From assembly GCF_964194025.1 (NCBI RefSeq), contig NC_134472.1, positions 66,464,001-66,528,000 of the forward strand: DNA of 64,000 nucleotides, given 5' to 3'. This document shows positions 12,601 to 25,574 of this stretch, piece after piece. Within the stretch, counting starts at the first letter, position 1. Each line of letters begins with the position of its first letter. The notes beneath the pieces were generated by a model. The model saw only the letters and a program-made list of their open reading frames with translations. It did no database searches and had not been told where the DNA came from. Source of the DNA: Convolutriloba macropyga. Its lineage: Eukaryota. Position numbers and translations under genes: made by a program.

Positions 12601-15600
12601 GTAAATGTTTGAAAAATGCTTCATTTTTTTGTCACCATATGCCACAAAATAAGCCATTTTGTACAACTTCTGTCCACCTAGATCAAGTTCCGTTTTGTAG
12701 GAGCGCCATACTGTAATAAAATATTGGGGAAACCCTCTCCTGAAATGCGGAAGGGCTGCGGTTTTACCCTAATAATTGGTAATTTTCCTATATAAGACAC
12801 CAGAGCATTGCCCAGGCTATCACAGCGTCTCGAAATAATTTAATCATTTCGAAAAATAAAACAAAAGGTATTACTTTGAATTTTTGCGACTTCAAGAAAC
12901 TTTTTTTATCCGATGCAGTTTAACTTCCAATATAAAATTTACAGTTGTGTCGAGGGAACTAATTGATTAGGATAACGGAGAGCTTTTTTAGAAACTTGTT
13001 CATCACCATTTTAGGGGTAAAAGTTTTTGACTAAAAATTTGCTTAGAAAGACGAGTTTTTAGCTGACCTTATACTTTTTCGCATTTATTTTGTCCAATTA
13101 AGCTAAAAGAAATTTTTACCACTCACGAGTTGAATAATGTCATAACTGCTCGAAAAATTGAAATTTTTAATGACAATCTTGGTATTTTGATAATATTTAG
13201 CAAAACGATTTAATTAAGAAAAAAGAGAAAAAAATGGCTTCTGACAGTGACGAAAGTTTTAAAAGAGTTAACATTCCCTCTGTCTACGCAAAAAACACTT
13301 AAGTTAAATTGTCTAAATTTACCAGGAGACCACAACAAGATTGCTGCCTTTTTCAGGGCAACTAGGCAGCGATTTTTAATGGAGAAAAACGCAGATTGTA
13401 ATGTTTTGTAGTGCTGCTTTGATTTGATTAACCCACTAAGATTCATTGTTTGTAGAGTTGATCGAGACTTTTTTGTTTTCTTGAATTAAAAGAAACACTT
13501 GTAGGAAATTTTTTATCGCGGTGGTTACTGATACCGAATATTTGAAGCTTCTCATTTAATAATGGTCACTACTCTAACGACGGAAAACACCGATCAGTTC
13601 TGGATAATTGCTGAAACCGCCCAATTATTTGTTCTACTAACTTGCTGACTACTGAGACCGGGGAGAGGAAAAGGGACTTCTTCTTGGTGACGGTTGCAAC
13701 CGTGGAGAAAGAAAACGGAAATGGTTTTTAAGAGTGACTGAGGAGAAAAATTGACTGTTTTGCGTATTTTTTCTGGGGACTGTTTGATCTTTTACACAAA
13801 ACGTTTAAAAAACAAAAAATCTTGTCTGTTGACGATTTATTTTGTGTGCTTTTTTTATTACTTGATTTGTATTTGTTGAAGACTAGTATCAAGAAAAATA
13901 GATATCGATTTCGGTATTCTCAGGCTTCAAAGAGAGTTTTTTTGATACTCCTCGTTTTCCTAATACGAATGCAATATATCAAGCAAAAAAGTTTTGGGTA
14001 ACTTCAAAACTAACTCAAAAGACTAGCTGAACAGTTTGATTTTCAACACAAGTCGATGTGCTGTCAGAAAAACAAAATTGTTTTCCTAATTTTTATTATT
14101 TCAAACGCGTTCTCTAAAATTTCTCGTTTTTGAGATCCCACCAAGATACATCCAGCAAAATTGCTTTTTGGAAATTCCGCAACTAACTCAGTGGTTTTTT
14201 TATGAGTTGTATTTTTAATTCAAGACTTTTCGCAGTCAGAAAATCAGAACCAATTTCCTGATTTTTCTGATCTTAAAAAAGTGTTTCCAACGTTTCTAGT
14301 TTCTGATATTCCACTATACTATATCAAAATAAACTAGCTTTTTCGCAAAACTAACTGAAAAGGTTAGCTTTAAAGTTTATCGGGTAATTCAATAGGATAT
14401 GCAGTCGGAAAGCTGAAACTTTTCTATTTTTCTTATTTCAAAATTTTTTTTTACACTTTTTGTTTTTCAGATCCCAATATGATATATCGTCTAAATTGGC
14501 TTTCTGGCTACGTTATAACTAACTCGAAAGTGTCATTCACAGGTTTATTTTGTAATTTGATAGGATATGCAGCAAAAAAATCTGAATGGTTTTTGATTTT
14601 TTTATTTCAAAAATTTTTCCTGATAACTCTTGTTCGTAAGATCTCAATATAAAATATCGTCTAAAGCGGGTTTCGAGCTAGTGAGGTGCTAACTTCAAAA
14701 ACCTATCTTAAGCATTTTCCAAGTAATTTAAAAATTTATGCTCTCAGAAAAACAAATTGGGTTCTTTTTATTTTTCTGATTTGTGAACCGTTTTTCTTAC
14801 TTCTGTGTTTTTTTTTGGCTAATTTTTTCAGAGTAAATAAAATGTTTTCATTTGTTTTAAAAAGATAAAAACTAATAACTGTTTATAAATAGAAGTGATA
14901 TCGTAACGTCAAATTATTTGCACGAAAAACTTTAGTTTCTTGAAGATTTTTTTGTCGAAAAAAAAGAATTTTCGATGGACCAAACTGGGGAACAAGACGT
15001 CACAGGAAACCCAACCACGAAAAAATTGTCTTTCATGACGTCTGATACCACTAAATCCGTCTTCTCCTGTTGGGATGACAGAAGACCCGAGAGCGTGATC
15101 AGCTGCAGTTGTACATAATCTTTGACGTCTAAGTGCAACATCAGAAGGTTGCTTGCATGTCGGGTAGTCACCATTAATATCTAACAAAAACATATTTCTA
15201 GCATTGAAATTAAAATTTCTCGTTTTTTTGCTTCCATATTTTATGGACCAGCATCGTGGGACTTAAAGTCAATTTTTTTGCGGTAAACCATCTTTAACTT
15301 CTTTATTTTGCTATCTTGAGTTTGCATTGACAACAAAAACAGCTTAAATTTTTGATAAATTTCCTCATTCTGTAAAGAAATACTCTTTTTTTTTAAATAG
15401 AAAGTCAATATTTTAGCCCCTCTGCTTACAATTACACCCTCGTTCACATTCCGTCTGTTGGCCCACTGGTATAGGATTAAACCACCCCGCATGTTCAACG
15501 TCAATGTAAATGGCTCTTATTTCGACAATTTCATCAGATGCAGCCACTCACTTCACTTGACAGCTCCAGAGTCGAAAAGTGTCAAAATCAGCGGAGACCC

Positions 15601-15673
15601 GAGAAGAGATGTCTACTCCTATTTGGGTCCAAAAGTTTGCCCATTGTCGTTTGCTCATCTTCAGCAGTTCTAA
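6087..15673 (+). CDS. Alpha-1,4-glycosyltransferase (GT32; A4GALT/A4GNT family), 4 exons: 6087-6318, 6756-7113, 12017-12243, 15417-15673 (357 aa)
   Basis: N-terminal type II membrane anchor, then MFFVDAS...RVMCAFESA, SDMMRAAILYKYGGFYFDQDV (DxD motif), LNQGTMHFEKG, GLGP and a C-terminal CP, all typical of this family. Introns 2 (7114-12016) and 3 (12244-15416) are canonical GT-AG with matching phases. Intron 1 is modelled as GC-AG. The joined CDS is 1074 nt and open. Confidence 0.85.
6319..6755 (+). other. Non-canonical (GC-AG) intron bounded by terminal inverted repeats
   Basis: Starts GCTGGAACTGTTTCCTATGCCCC and ends GGGGTAAAAGGAAACAGATCCGAAG. Removing it gives FFVDASPTPKFKGRVMC, the same 17-residue FF-to-C spacing as human A4GALT (FFLETSDRTNPNFLFMC, from memory). 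Confidence 0.7.
6595..6655. repeat. (TA)n microsatellite inside glycosyltransferase intron 1
   Basis: Pure TA run. Confidence 0.95.
7220..7435 (+). repeat. 21-bp minisatellite, about 10.3 near-perfect copies (ATTCAAACTCTGAACAGTCAT)
   Basis: Directly visible tandem array with no spacers, inside glycosyltransferase intron 2. It explains the four overlapping repetitive ORFs in the track. Confidence 0.95.
7850..8632 (+). mobile_element. Degraded BEL/Pao LTR-retrotransposon pol fragment (integrase C-terminal, DUF5641-like)
   Basis: About 8414-8632 translates as FRAKRSDSNPSALVVNDAVWNLNDMSPRHVWPLEPLLGVYPGIN*PQCVVKVKMKNGTSVRQVSELACVL. This matches the BEL C-terminal pattern L.VGD.V......PR..WPLG.V..VYPG.DG.VRVV.VK...G...RPV.KL. 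The upstream part is heavily decayed, so the left boundary is approximate. Confidence 0.6.
10015..11510. repeat. Degenerate satellite (unit roughly 45-65 bp) built from TCTTGCAAGA/AGATCT palindromes
   Basis: Recurrent units like CTTGCAAGATCAGATCTTGCACGGTGGGCATTAATCTTGCAAGATCTTGCAAGATAACC. Related motif clusters occur at about 545-600 and 29050-29130. Confidence 0.85.
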
Positions 15674-15700
15674 CTAGACCTCCTATTTTATAAAAAGTCT

Positions 15701-18050
15701 TTTATTAATAGCCGCCCTCATCTTCTCAGCCGGCTATTATAGCGCTCCTATTTCTTTTACGACTCGAAGAGGAGTATTGGTTTTCTTAAGGTTTTTTTTT
15801 ACCGGAAGTACTATTCGTTCAGACCATGTTTTGACCTAAAATCGAAAGTGAGAAAAAGTGCCGTGTGAACTAATTTTTTCTGAGCGAGAGAAGTTTTTTG
15901 ATCACGCGCTGCGTTTAGTGAATGACTTTTTGACTTTGAAAAGTAGTTTTTGACTGAATGGCACATATAGATAACTGTTTTTAGCCGTTTTTTCGTCTAA
16001 GTGGCCCATTTTTTTGCTTGTAATTTGGTTTTTTGTATAAATGATTTTTAATCGATGCTATATTGAAATGTAAACCTTGGAAATTAATAGCACAGTGTTT
16101 TGCAGAGCCTGAAAACGCGTTTCAAGTTCAAAATTGGCATAAATTTCTTAATTTTTTAATTAATTTTTGGCTTTTTTCCTATTTTCTTCATTTTTGGATC
16201 TTCTAGCCGTCTTTTTGTCAAAAATCAGTCAGTATGACAACTTCCCGTTGACAATTCATATACTCGATGCCTCCTTTTACCTCGATGTAATTTTTTTTTA
16301 TAAAATTGTACATATGCTAATCCGATTTTGGTAGTTTTTTCCTATTTTTCTCAGTTTTTTGTCTGTATTTTGGTTTTAATTACTAGAAGTATTCTTTTTG
16401 TGCAACATGAGGGGCTCTAATTTTGTTTCAATAAAAACGTCAATAATTGTCTAGCGTTAAATATTTGAGAAGAAGTGAATTTTTTTTATAAATGCAGTCC
16501 TAAAAACTTTTTGACCTTTTTTTGCAAAATGTTTCATTGTTTCATATGTTTGATTTCTGCTTTTTCTTTTTTTTTGATCTGTTCAGGAGGATAGGTTTTT
16601 GTCTCGGATGTATCGTTGTATTTTCTATGTCTCGAAGTTGAAAAATGAAATGGTAATAGTTTTTCTTGTTTTTTTAAATTTGATTTTTAAACTTTCAAAA
16701 TTTTAATCTTTTATTTGAAGTTTGAAAAATCAAAAATTAGTCTTTGTTAGGGTGTTCCTTACATTGTGTCCATAATGTTCACATTCTAGCTTGTATCATT
16801 CTAGTTCTGTCCTGGCACCTACATTTATACTGGTTTTATTGATTTTTTTAGTTATTAACAAATTGAAAGATTTCGGCTATTTAGATTTTCGTCATTTCTT
16901 TGGGTTGCAATTGATTTCATTCAACATAAGGCAGTACTAAGAGTTTACTAAAAAACCTTTTCCACAATTGATACTTATTACTTTTTTTTCCGACCTCGGT
17001 ATTGTTCTTAAACATTTTCTTGCCTTTAAATATTACTCGGTTGCTTTTCTATGATTATTTTAATTTTTGAATTAGTTTGAAATCATGTTGTCTAGCATAT
17101 ATACAAGAAAAAAAAGTATATGTTGTTTTTGTCTTAATTGCAGTGAAGAGAAATCTAACTGTAGTAGTTTTCTAATTCTTAACTTTGAGCATTATTTTTT
17201 GAAAAATTTAATTTAGTTTCTAAGTTATTATTCTCTGCCGTTTGCTTTAGCGATCTTTTTGAGATTGGAATCATGAATTATTTGAGGGCAGTTGATAGCC
17301 CTGTCAGTTTTTTGAGACTATCAATGTTTCGACTATCCTAATTATTTTGCACTTATCCTTATCAAACGTTTTCAATATTAAATATTTTTGCAGGATTTTG
17401 TTTCTCTTGGTGACAGTGGTTTAATTTTCACCAATTTTTAGATCAGACCGGGGGGAGGGTAATGAGTTTATGGTTTATTAAAAAAGGTAATGGTTTCAGC
17501 TGCAATTAGGGTTTTTGTCAAGTTTTTACGCATGGAGTCGTTTCCGGAATTCTTCCGGCTGTTTTTTACTTCGTCGAGTAAAAAAATGTTTCGCTTTACC
17601 TCATTTTGCCGCTTTTTCAACATTTTGCGTGATATCTTTTTGAGTTCTCTAGGCTAGTTTCTCTCTTCTCTCATTCTGCAAAAAGTGATTTTGAACATCA
17701 GCTGCTCAGCAAAGCACAGTATAAAAAATTGAAGTCAGAAGTAGAAACGGGATAAGCCCATAAAGCCCAATTTTAGATGCCCGCTATTTGAACGTCGTTC
17801 CTATAAGTCTTAGTTACCATCTCTTATGCTTATTGGTATTGATAGTAGCCCCTGTAGCCTCTCTCTAACAAACAGAAGTACGTTATGTTCAACTACGAAA
17901 TGCCATCAAAAATATATCGGACTTAAAAAATGTTTTTGTACAAAAATCTTTTTTTTTCAATTTCTTCTATTCTTTCAATCCCAATCATGCTTAATGGAAT
18001 CAACGGCAGCTATTTTCCGGCAATCTGCCGGGTATGTTAATTGTTATTAT
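15701..18050 (+). mobile_element. Helentron-like element with family B-type ends, immediately 3' of the glycosyltransferase stop codon
   Basis: Starts TTTATTAATAGCCGCC and ends GGCAGCTATTTT + hairpin CCGGCAATCTGCCGG + GTATGTT. Part of the interior (about 17530) resembles the reverse complement of about 37140. Confidence 0.5.
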
Positions 18051-18912
18051 AAGGTCCAACACTAACATCAATTCATTCATGTGTCCCAGTCTAAGTTGGC
18101 CAGACGGAAGGCGCAATTATTTCCAGACCATTGAGTTGGGTCGCTCCGGACCTCCCTGTCCGCAACCCGGTCTGGCCAATGCCTGTCTTGGGACGCGGAC
18201 TTCATCCTGGATGGTAGCTACTTAAAATTGACTTTAATTGCCTTAATTTCATATTGCTCGATTTCATTACGTGAATATGGTGAAAGAGGCTTATAATCAT
18301 TTTCTGAACGAGTCAATGGCTATATCACGAGTCGAAGTGCATCAGAGAAATATTGTAAGATATCCGACGAATAGAGATGAAAATAACTATTTTTCACCGA
18401 AAAGCAACCACATCTTTTAGGGGTACAAGTGGTGAATATTTATGATACTTGCGGTGAATTTAGTCTTTAATTTTAGCAGTAAAATTTTATTAACGTTTTA
18501 TTGGCGGCGATGAACACTAAAAACGGCAATTCTTACATTTTTAATGCAATTTTAAGTGTTGACATCTCAACGCGAGAGGTAAAAAAACACCTGTAATAGA
18601 ACATAATTACTAAGTACTACATATTAATCTTTGAGCTTTTTCTACATAAATTTTATATTATCTAATTTTTGTAATATATATTGTATCTGGAACTGAGAAA
18701 ATTAATTAACCGTTCAACTTCAATTAATAATCTGATATAATATGACCTATCTCTTGTATTCGAAAGCAAGATCATTCTTTTGTTGTCGACAACCAGGCAA
18801 AAATCAGATTAAACACAAAATCACTGAAAATCTTGCATTTGTCTGAGTCCATAAAGTACAACTAAGCTAACGTGATACCCGGTAGGCGTAGAGTGCAGAA
18901 AATGGAACTTAC

Positions 18913-21100
18913 TGTTCCGACCCACTTTAGCGGGGGGGGACTATATACTCAAATGGTTTTTTTGTTCAGTCAATTCTGGCCGATCGATATATTCACCGTA
19001 GAGAGTTGTGAAAAGAATCATTGAAAAGCCCGACCAGCGTAGAATACATAACAAAAAAAAATTTTGTGAATTTTGAGTTATCGAGGCTCAAAGTTTTCTG
19101 AACATATGACTAATTTTTGTTGTTTTGTTCACATTTTACTTATTTTTGCGCAATTTTTCTAAATTAGCTCAAAAAATGCCAAAATTGTTAACGGTAGTCT
19201 TAACGACACCTCTAAAGATGGAAGAGTGTTGCTGAACTGTTTGATCTAATTTTTTAATCAAAATTTTTGCTAAATTTTACAATATTCAGAATTTTTTCGT
19301 CAAAAATGGCATGAAATAAGCTTCTTCGATCCATTGTTTAAACTTGCCGGAATAACAAACCTAAAACCTACTGACACAATCTTCGTTAACTTCACAAAAG
19401 TCTAGTTCACTTGCACTTCCTTTGGGTGCTCTTGAATTAAAAATTGGCCTGTTTTTTTACCAATTTAACTCGATAATTATCCAAAATGCAAATTATTTTT
19501 GATATAGTGCCTTTTTTCGGTCAAGTTATCCATATCCATAAGTGTTCTTAACAGAAAAAGGTCAATCGCAAAACTAATTTTGCACTAACTGTTGTTTTTA
19601 ATGCCCACAAACAATTCGGATTGAAATCAGCCGCTGTCATTTTAAAAAATATTCCTTCACTTATTGCTTTTATGATAATTACAATAAAGAACAATTCAAG
19701 TCAAGGAGTTCTAATGATAGGTCCAATTGGTTTCCTAAGGAGTTGCAAAAATACGTTTCTAGTTTTTCAGTTCAAAGCTTGTCGTTTTGACTTTGAAAAC
19801 ACTTGTTTTCAAAAAGAACAACAGATTATTGAGCTTTGCCATTTTTTTTCTTTTCTTGTCGGTAAACTTGTAGATTGCGTTCAAGTCAGCAAGGCAAGAC
19901 AGGTCGCATTGTCTTTATAATGAATTGGATTTTTACATTTATTGCTAATTTAGATTTTGAGAATTGGTTTTTCGGCTTTGATACTAAGAGCTTTCACAAA
20001 TAATTTTCCACTTCTGGCTTTTTTGCAGCTCCAAGATTCTTTTTCTTGACTGGTCACTCTATTGACAGTTCAGACTTCACATTACTCTCGTTTGTTTGAA
20101 AAGAAGGCTCATCTGGACGTATCGCTTTTTAGTGCAATGATTATGGTTTCAACGGCTTCGACACCGTCTTCCAGCAGAATTTTAATGGAATCATTTTTTT
20201 GTCTTTTTGTAGTCGTATGAAAAAACGTATGAAAGAAGCCTATTTAATGATTTTAGTTGATAGCTAAAATTTTTCATGACTTTGAAGTTAACTGTTTTTT
20301 AAGCATATTTTTTAAAATTGCATTTTGCTGTTCTTTTTTGTCTACTTTTTACCTAATTGCCACCAATTCTATACCAAATCTTAATTTTTGAATAATGAGA
20401 TTTTAATGGCTTTCTTTGAAATAAATGAACCTGTTTAAAGATTTCTATTGATAACAAATGTTTATATGAATTTGAAAAAAAGAATACAAATATACTGCTA
20501 ACTTTGCCCTTTGTGTTCCTTTATGTCATGTTACCTAATCTCATAATTCAGGGATCACATAACAGATTATAGGTATTCAAAATTAAGTTTCAAACTAATT
20601 GGTTGTTTTTCAATTGCATTTACCGTTTGTTTCTGTGGACGTACATCATTTGGGATAATAACATGTCTCAAGGTTTTCATATGGAGATATAAACATACTT
20701 TATCACTGTGCCGTCTTTGGTTTTTTGATTACTTGCTACCGAGTGTCATTAGGGACTGGTCCCATGTTTCTTCTAAAGTACAATGTGATTTGCCTAATTT
20801 AGGTTTTATTTGGCGCTATTTTGACTTTTTTATTAAGTTTTTTCTTGTTCAGAAAAGACAATGAGTTTTGGATGTAAATATTGTTTGTTGTTAATTGATT
20901 TTGTCAATTGGCAGTTCTCAACGTCCCCCTAATGTCGCATTATCAACTTTGCTAAATGATTTGAGCTTCAATCAATTTTTTATTCATACAAAATTATTTC
21001 TGTACAATAAATCTCTTCCTGATTTTGTAGACAATTAAGACCAAAATGTGGATGAGAGGGATTGGAACATTATGTGCGAAACCACGTTGCCGATTTTTCC
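18913..21100 (+). mobile_element. Helentron-like family A, copy 2
   Basis: Starts TGTTCCGACCC, then a G-tract and ACTATATACTCAAATG...GGCCGATCGATATATTCA, shared with 30661. Ends near GGGATTGGAACA-TTATGTGCGAAACCAC. Confidence 0.6.
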
Positions 21101-21967
21101 ATTTTTTTCTTCGATGTCACATGTAGAACAGAAATTACCAATCACTCAAAAACTAAACCGATTCAACTTTCTTAGAGAAGAGTATGCTGAGCACAGGTCA
21201 TGTGTAAGTCCCAGGGGCCGGTGAGGCATGGCCATGGTCTCTACGTATTATTATTGGTTTGAACTTATCTCGCGCTTGTTTTCTTGCTTTTATAGATAAT
21301 GGAATTTGAAATATCGCTATTAAGTGTATTGGTTCAAAAATTCTATCACTCACTTCAGTAAAAGTGATCAGGTTGCTGCTGAAAACTAACAATTAAAAAT
21401 CATTTTAAAAATGAGAATCGTAAAATTGTCAAAGCGATAAATCACTTCGCTGTCTTATAGTCAAAACTCAGTTCTCCAATTGTTCTCCATTTGATAAAAG
21501 ATCCAAAATTAGCCAGTCAAAACTAAATTTAGGGACCTAAAACATATTCAGGTTTCAAATAAATTATATTAGCGGAGCGTTTTCTATAATGGAGCGATAT
21601 AAAAACTATAGTTTCTATAGGGCAGTTTTATGAGCCCAGGCGAAAAGTTAATACCAAATACCGTCCACGTCATTTTAATCATGTCTTGCATTGATTCAAA
21701 TGAAAACTATCTTTAAAGGCATAAGACCGTTTGTAGAGCAGGATTTCAGATTAAATATGAGGTATTCAGTTAAAATTCTTTTCCTAAAAATGTAGAGCTT
21801 CAATTAATCAGTTTCCAGTTTTATCACTTTTGATTAAACAAATATTTCACCGAAAACACTATATTAATTCAAATGCTTTTCATTGACAATATCGTGCGGT
21901 TAGCAAAAAAGCGGTTTTTAGGTAATATATCAAACGTTTGGATAAAGCGCGATTGAATTATTTTAGT

Positions 21968-24372
21968 ACAAGGAGGCTCGTTAATGTGCGTTCTCAATTG
22001 ATGTTCCGACCCGAGCTCATCTACATTTTTGACCCAATTGTCAACCAATTGAGGAGATAACCAAAAATAGATGTTTGAGTTAAAAAAATTGTTACACAAC
22101 GAAACAACTAATTGAATTAATTAATTTCCATTAAAAAGACAACGAAAAACCAAATGAACAACAAAATAAGCAAAAACAAAAATTTCACGGCAAAAACTCA
22201 AAATCTAAAACTAAAAGCAGTAACAACAACGCATATTGTCCAAAAAACAAAACATCAGTACAAAACATAATATCAATAGAAACATAATAACAATCAATAA
22301 ACAATCTCAATAAACATGTTAATTTTTGATTTACAGGGAATTGGATGGGACCTCTCAATGATGTGAATAAGTTACTTGTTGACGAAAAGAACATAACTGA
22401 AAATCTTCGGAAACGAATATTATCACTAACTTCAAGATCATTCACTAAAAACTGACGGAATTGAGTAAAACCATTCATTCAATCCTCAATTAGAAACTGA
22501 TGAGACATGGCAGCATTTTACGGCTACATAAAGAAAAAAAACAACGAATTTACAAAACATAATAGCGAGAAGTGTCGAAGCCATTAAAAATGAGCTTTTC
22601 AGTAGAAGATTTACAAGCTTTAACCAATCTTTTAACAGCAATAGGATTCTTCTTTTGCAACAATATGACTTCAAAATATCAGAAATATTTACATATATAT
22701 TAGACACGAAATTTTTTAGAAAACCCGTAGTATCAACGCCACTAATTTCAATAACTTTCAACGGAAGTCAAAAATGCGCTAACTTATGCCTGGATGCGAA
22801 GACAAAGATGTTTGTCAATCAAATAGAGTCAGAATGGCATCACAATAAGTCCTATGACTCTGAAAACATCAAAAATACAGGCGAAAAAAAGAAAATCAGA
22901 AGAAAAGTGTAAGAAAGTGTTGAAGCCATTTAAACAATAAGTTTCTACACGAAAACTTTAAATATGATCCAATGAACGTCTTCCCTAAGCCAATTAGAAC
23001 TATCAATGTTACGGTAATGTGATAAGATTTCGAAAGGAACCAGAATCACGAAAAAATTATTCAAAATTTAAAAAAAAACTCGTGGTATTGAAGTAATAAA
23101 ACTAATAGTTAGAAAATAAAACAGCTAACGAGATTAATTATGGTTGCAGTAGAAAACAAGGTGTCCTGTCATTACAGAGACTGGCTTAAAAATCACAAAA
23201 TTAGGTTGAAGATCAGTTATTTTTCAAAAAAATATTCGAAAATTTATTTTTAAAATCTTAACAGCCATTAAGCTCAATAGCTTTCAACGGAAATCATAAA
23301 ATAAGCAAAGCTACGCCTTGATGGGAAATTAAGTATATTTTTCATTCATAAGTCATCAAGAATACATCACAAAAACTCATACGACTATAAAAACAACAAA
23401 TGAAGGCAAAAACAAAAAATTCAGTAAAAAAGTAAGAGAAGAATGTGTCGAAGCCATTTAAACACTAAATTTTTCTCATGAAAATTTATCTAGGATCCAT
23501 TTAACGTCTTCTCAAAAACAATGGAAACTATCACTTTTAGGATAACGTGAAAAGATTTCAAAAGGAACCTAAATAAGGAAAAAAAATATTCAAAAATTTT
23601 TAAAAATATGAAAACTCTTGGCATCAAAGACATAAAACTAACACTAAAAAAAACAATAAACTAGTTTAAGTTTGATTGCATTAGGAAGAAGTGGTTTCTG
23701 TCATTACTGACACTGACTTACAGTTCACGAAAAAAGTTCAAGACCGGTTAATGTTCAAAAAATTATTTTTAAGACTTAACAGCCATTAGTTGTCCACTCA
23801 AAGCACTAGATAGGTTCACTTAAAGCTGAATAGGAAGGCTATTGCACTTTAAGTCAACGATTCTTTGTCACAGTACTACAAAAATTTAGTAAAATCTCAA
23901 AAAGTGACTAACAAAAAATGAAAGTTTTCTAAAAAAACATCTCACAAATTGAATTCGAATTTATTTGATGGTAAACTTCCCTATAAGACCAGAACTAGCC
24001 TTTTCATCGCCTTTCGTCTATTGGCAACACAAAATTGTTTAATTTTGTAGCGTGACATGTAATTTTGAATTAATATTTTTTTTGGAAAAAAAATCTTAAC
24101 TTGAACACAAATTACGCTAAAAGTGAATAAAATCATGGCAAATATCCCGTGTCCACACAAATGTTTACACCTAGATAACTCCTCGAAAACAACGAAATTC
24201 AAAAAAAAACTTCTTTTTAATTCTGCATTCTAGGCTGGACGAGCTTTTTAATGATGCCACTGACATTTCTCTACGATGAATATATCAATCGGCCAAAAAT
24301 TGTCTGAACAAAAAAAACCATTTGAATATATAGTTCCTCCCACCCCCACACAAGTGGGGTCGGAACAAAAAT
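21968..24372 (-). mobile_element. Helentron-like family A, copy 3
   Basis: GGGGTCGGAACA at 24356-24367, internal inverted copy TGTTCCGACCCG at 22002-22013, terminal ACAAGGAGGC at 21968 (reverse complement of GCCTCCTTGT). Confidence 0.6.
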
Positions 24373-25574
24373 AATAGCTGCAAAACGTTCAAGTCTCAAA
24401 CTTCCTTAATTCCTTGCAAAAATTTTGATAGAACCTGACTTAAAGATTGTCATTGCTATTTTTATATAAATTATGCACAATAATAAGGAAAATTAACACA
24501 ATAGTGAACAAATTAGGGCTTTATTTTGACCTTTTGTGGCGTTGACAGCCATAAATCGTTAATTCTAAACAAACTGAAAAAAATTAACCGAAAATTGAGA
24601 AAAAACCCAGAGACAATTCGATTCCTGCTGCTAACAAATTGACACGCAAAAAGGAAATAAAATATTTTAACCCTTATCAGTGAAGGCAGAAGTCTTTTGG
24701 CGTGCCAATTGCTAGTGACGGCTTGTTTCAAATTTTTATTGTAAGTATAATTTTAGTTACTATATCATTCAGAATGAACACTTAATTTATGTGTAGGTCT
24801 TCAAATAGGACCGCTTGTGTTCTCCCAGCGTAATCGACGCTTCCAGATATTCAGAAACAGGCTTTCTTAAGTTGATTGAGATAACACCACAGTTTTTGTG
24901 AATCTTTAAGAACAACAGTTCTTATGAATCACTAAATTGTTTCGGTTTTCTAGAGTAAAAAACTTTCCTCTTTCATCAACAGCCCAAATATTATAGAAAA
25001 ATTTGAATACAATTTGAAAAAAATTTGTATTCGAGACATTATTTATATCTTCATGTGCACAACAAACATTCTTTGGCAGGCATTTGATAAACAGTTTTTA
25101 AAAGCATTTAATGCTAAGAAACGTATTAAAAATCAATCAAATAGTTTTCAAAAATCATCATTAAAAACAAATTACGTCCCATTACTGAGGATCACTTTAT
25201 GTCAATTGATCTGAATTATTAGTTTCCAAACTGTGAAATAATTCAGATAATTAGAATTGAAAGAATCCATACATAATTATATAATTTGCAAATCAAAATT
25301 TGAAAATCTTTACAAATCTTTAAAAATTATTGCTAAACAAATCATCAGTTAATTCAAATTTTTTACTTCTAAGAATGTATATTATTATTTATTAAAACAC
25401 AACCAATAAGTGATAAAATTTCATTAAAAAAATATGCACTATGCAAAATTTTATAAAAGTTTTAGTTTTATTAATAATTTCTTATGGCTCTGCTAGGGTA
25501 TATTGCTGAAAAAATAAAATTTAGGAAAATTAATTGATGAAAACGGATGGTCACAAATAGACGGCATTGACATA

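Noticed and set aside
14909-15193. Overlapping minus-strand ORFs in glycosyltransferase intron 3
   Set aside because: No homology that I can recognise and no gene structure.
18913-24372. Apparent single 5.4-kb element with giant terminal inverted repeats
   Set aside because: Better explained as two independent, diverged family A copies in opposite orientation, each with its own 3' end structure and about 0.9 kb of unrelated DNA between them.
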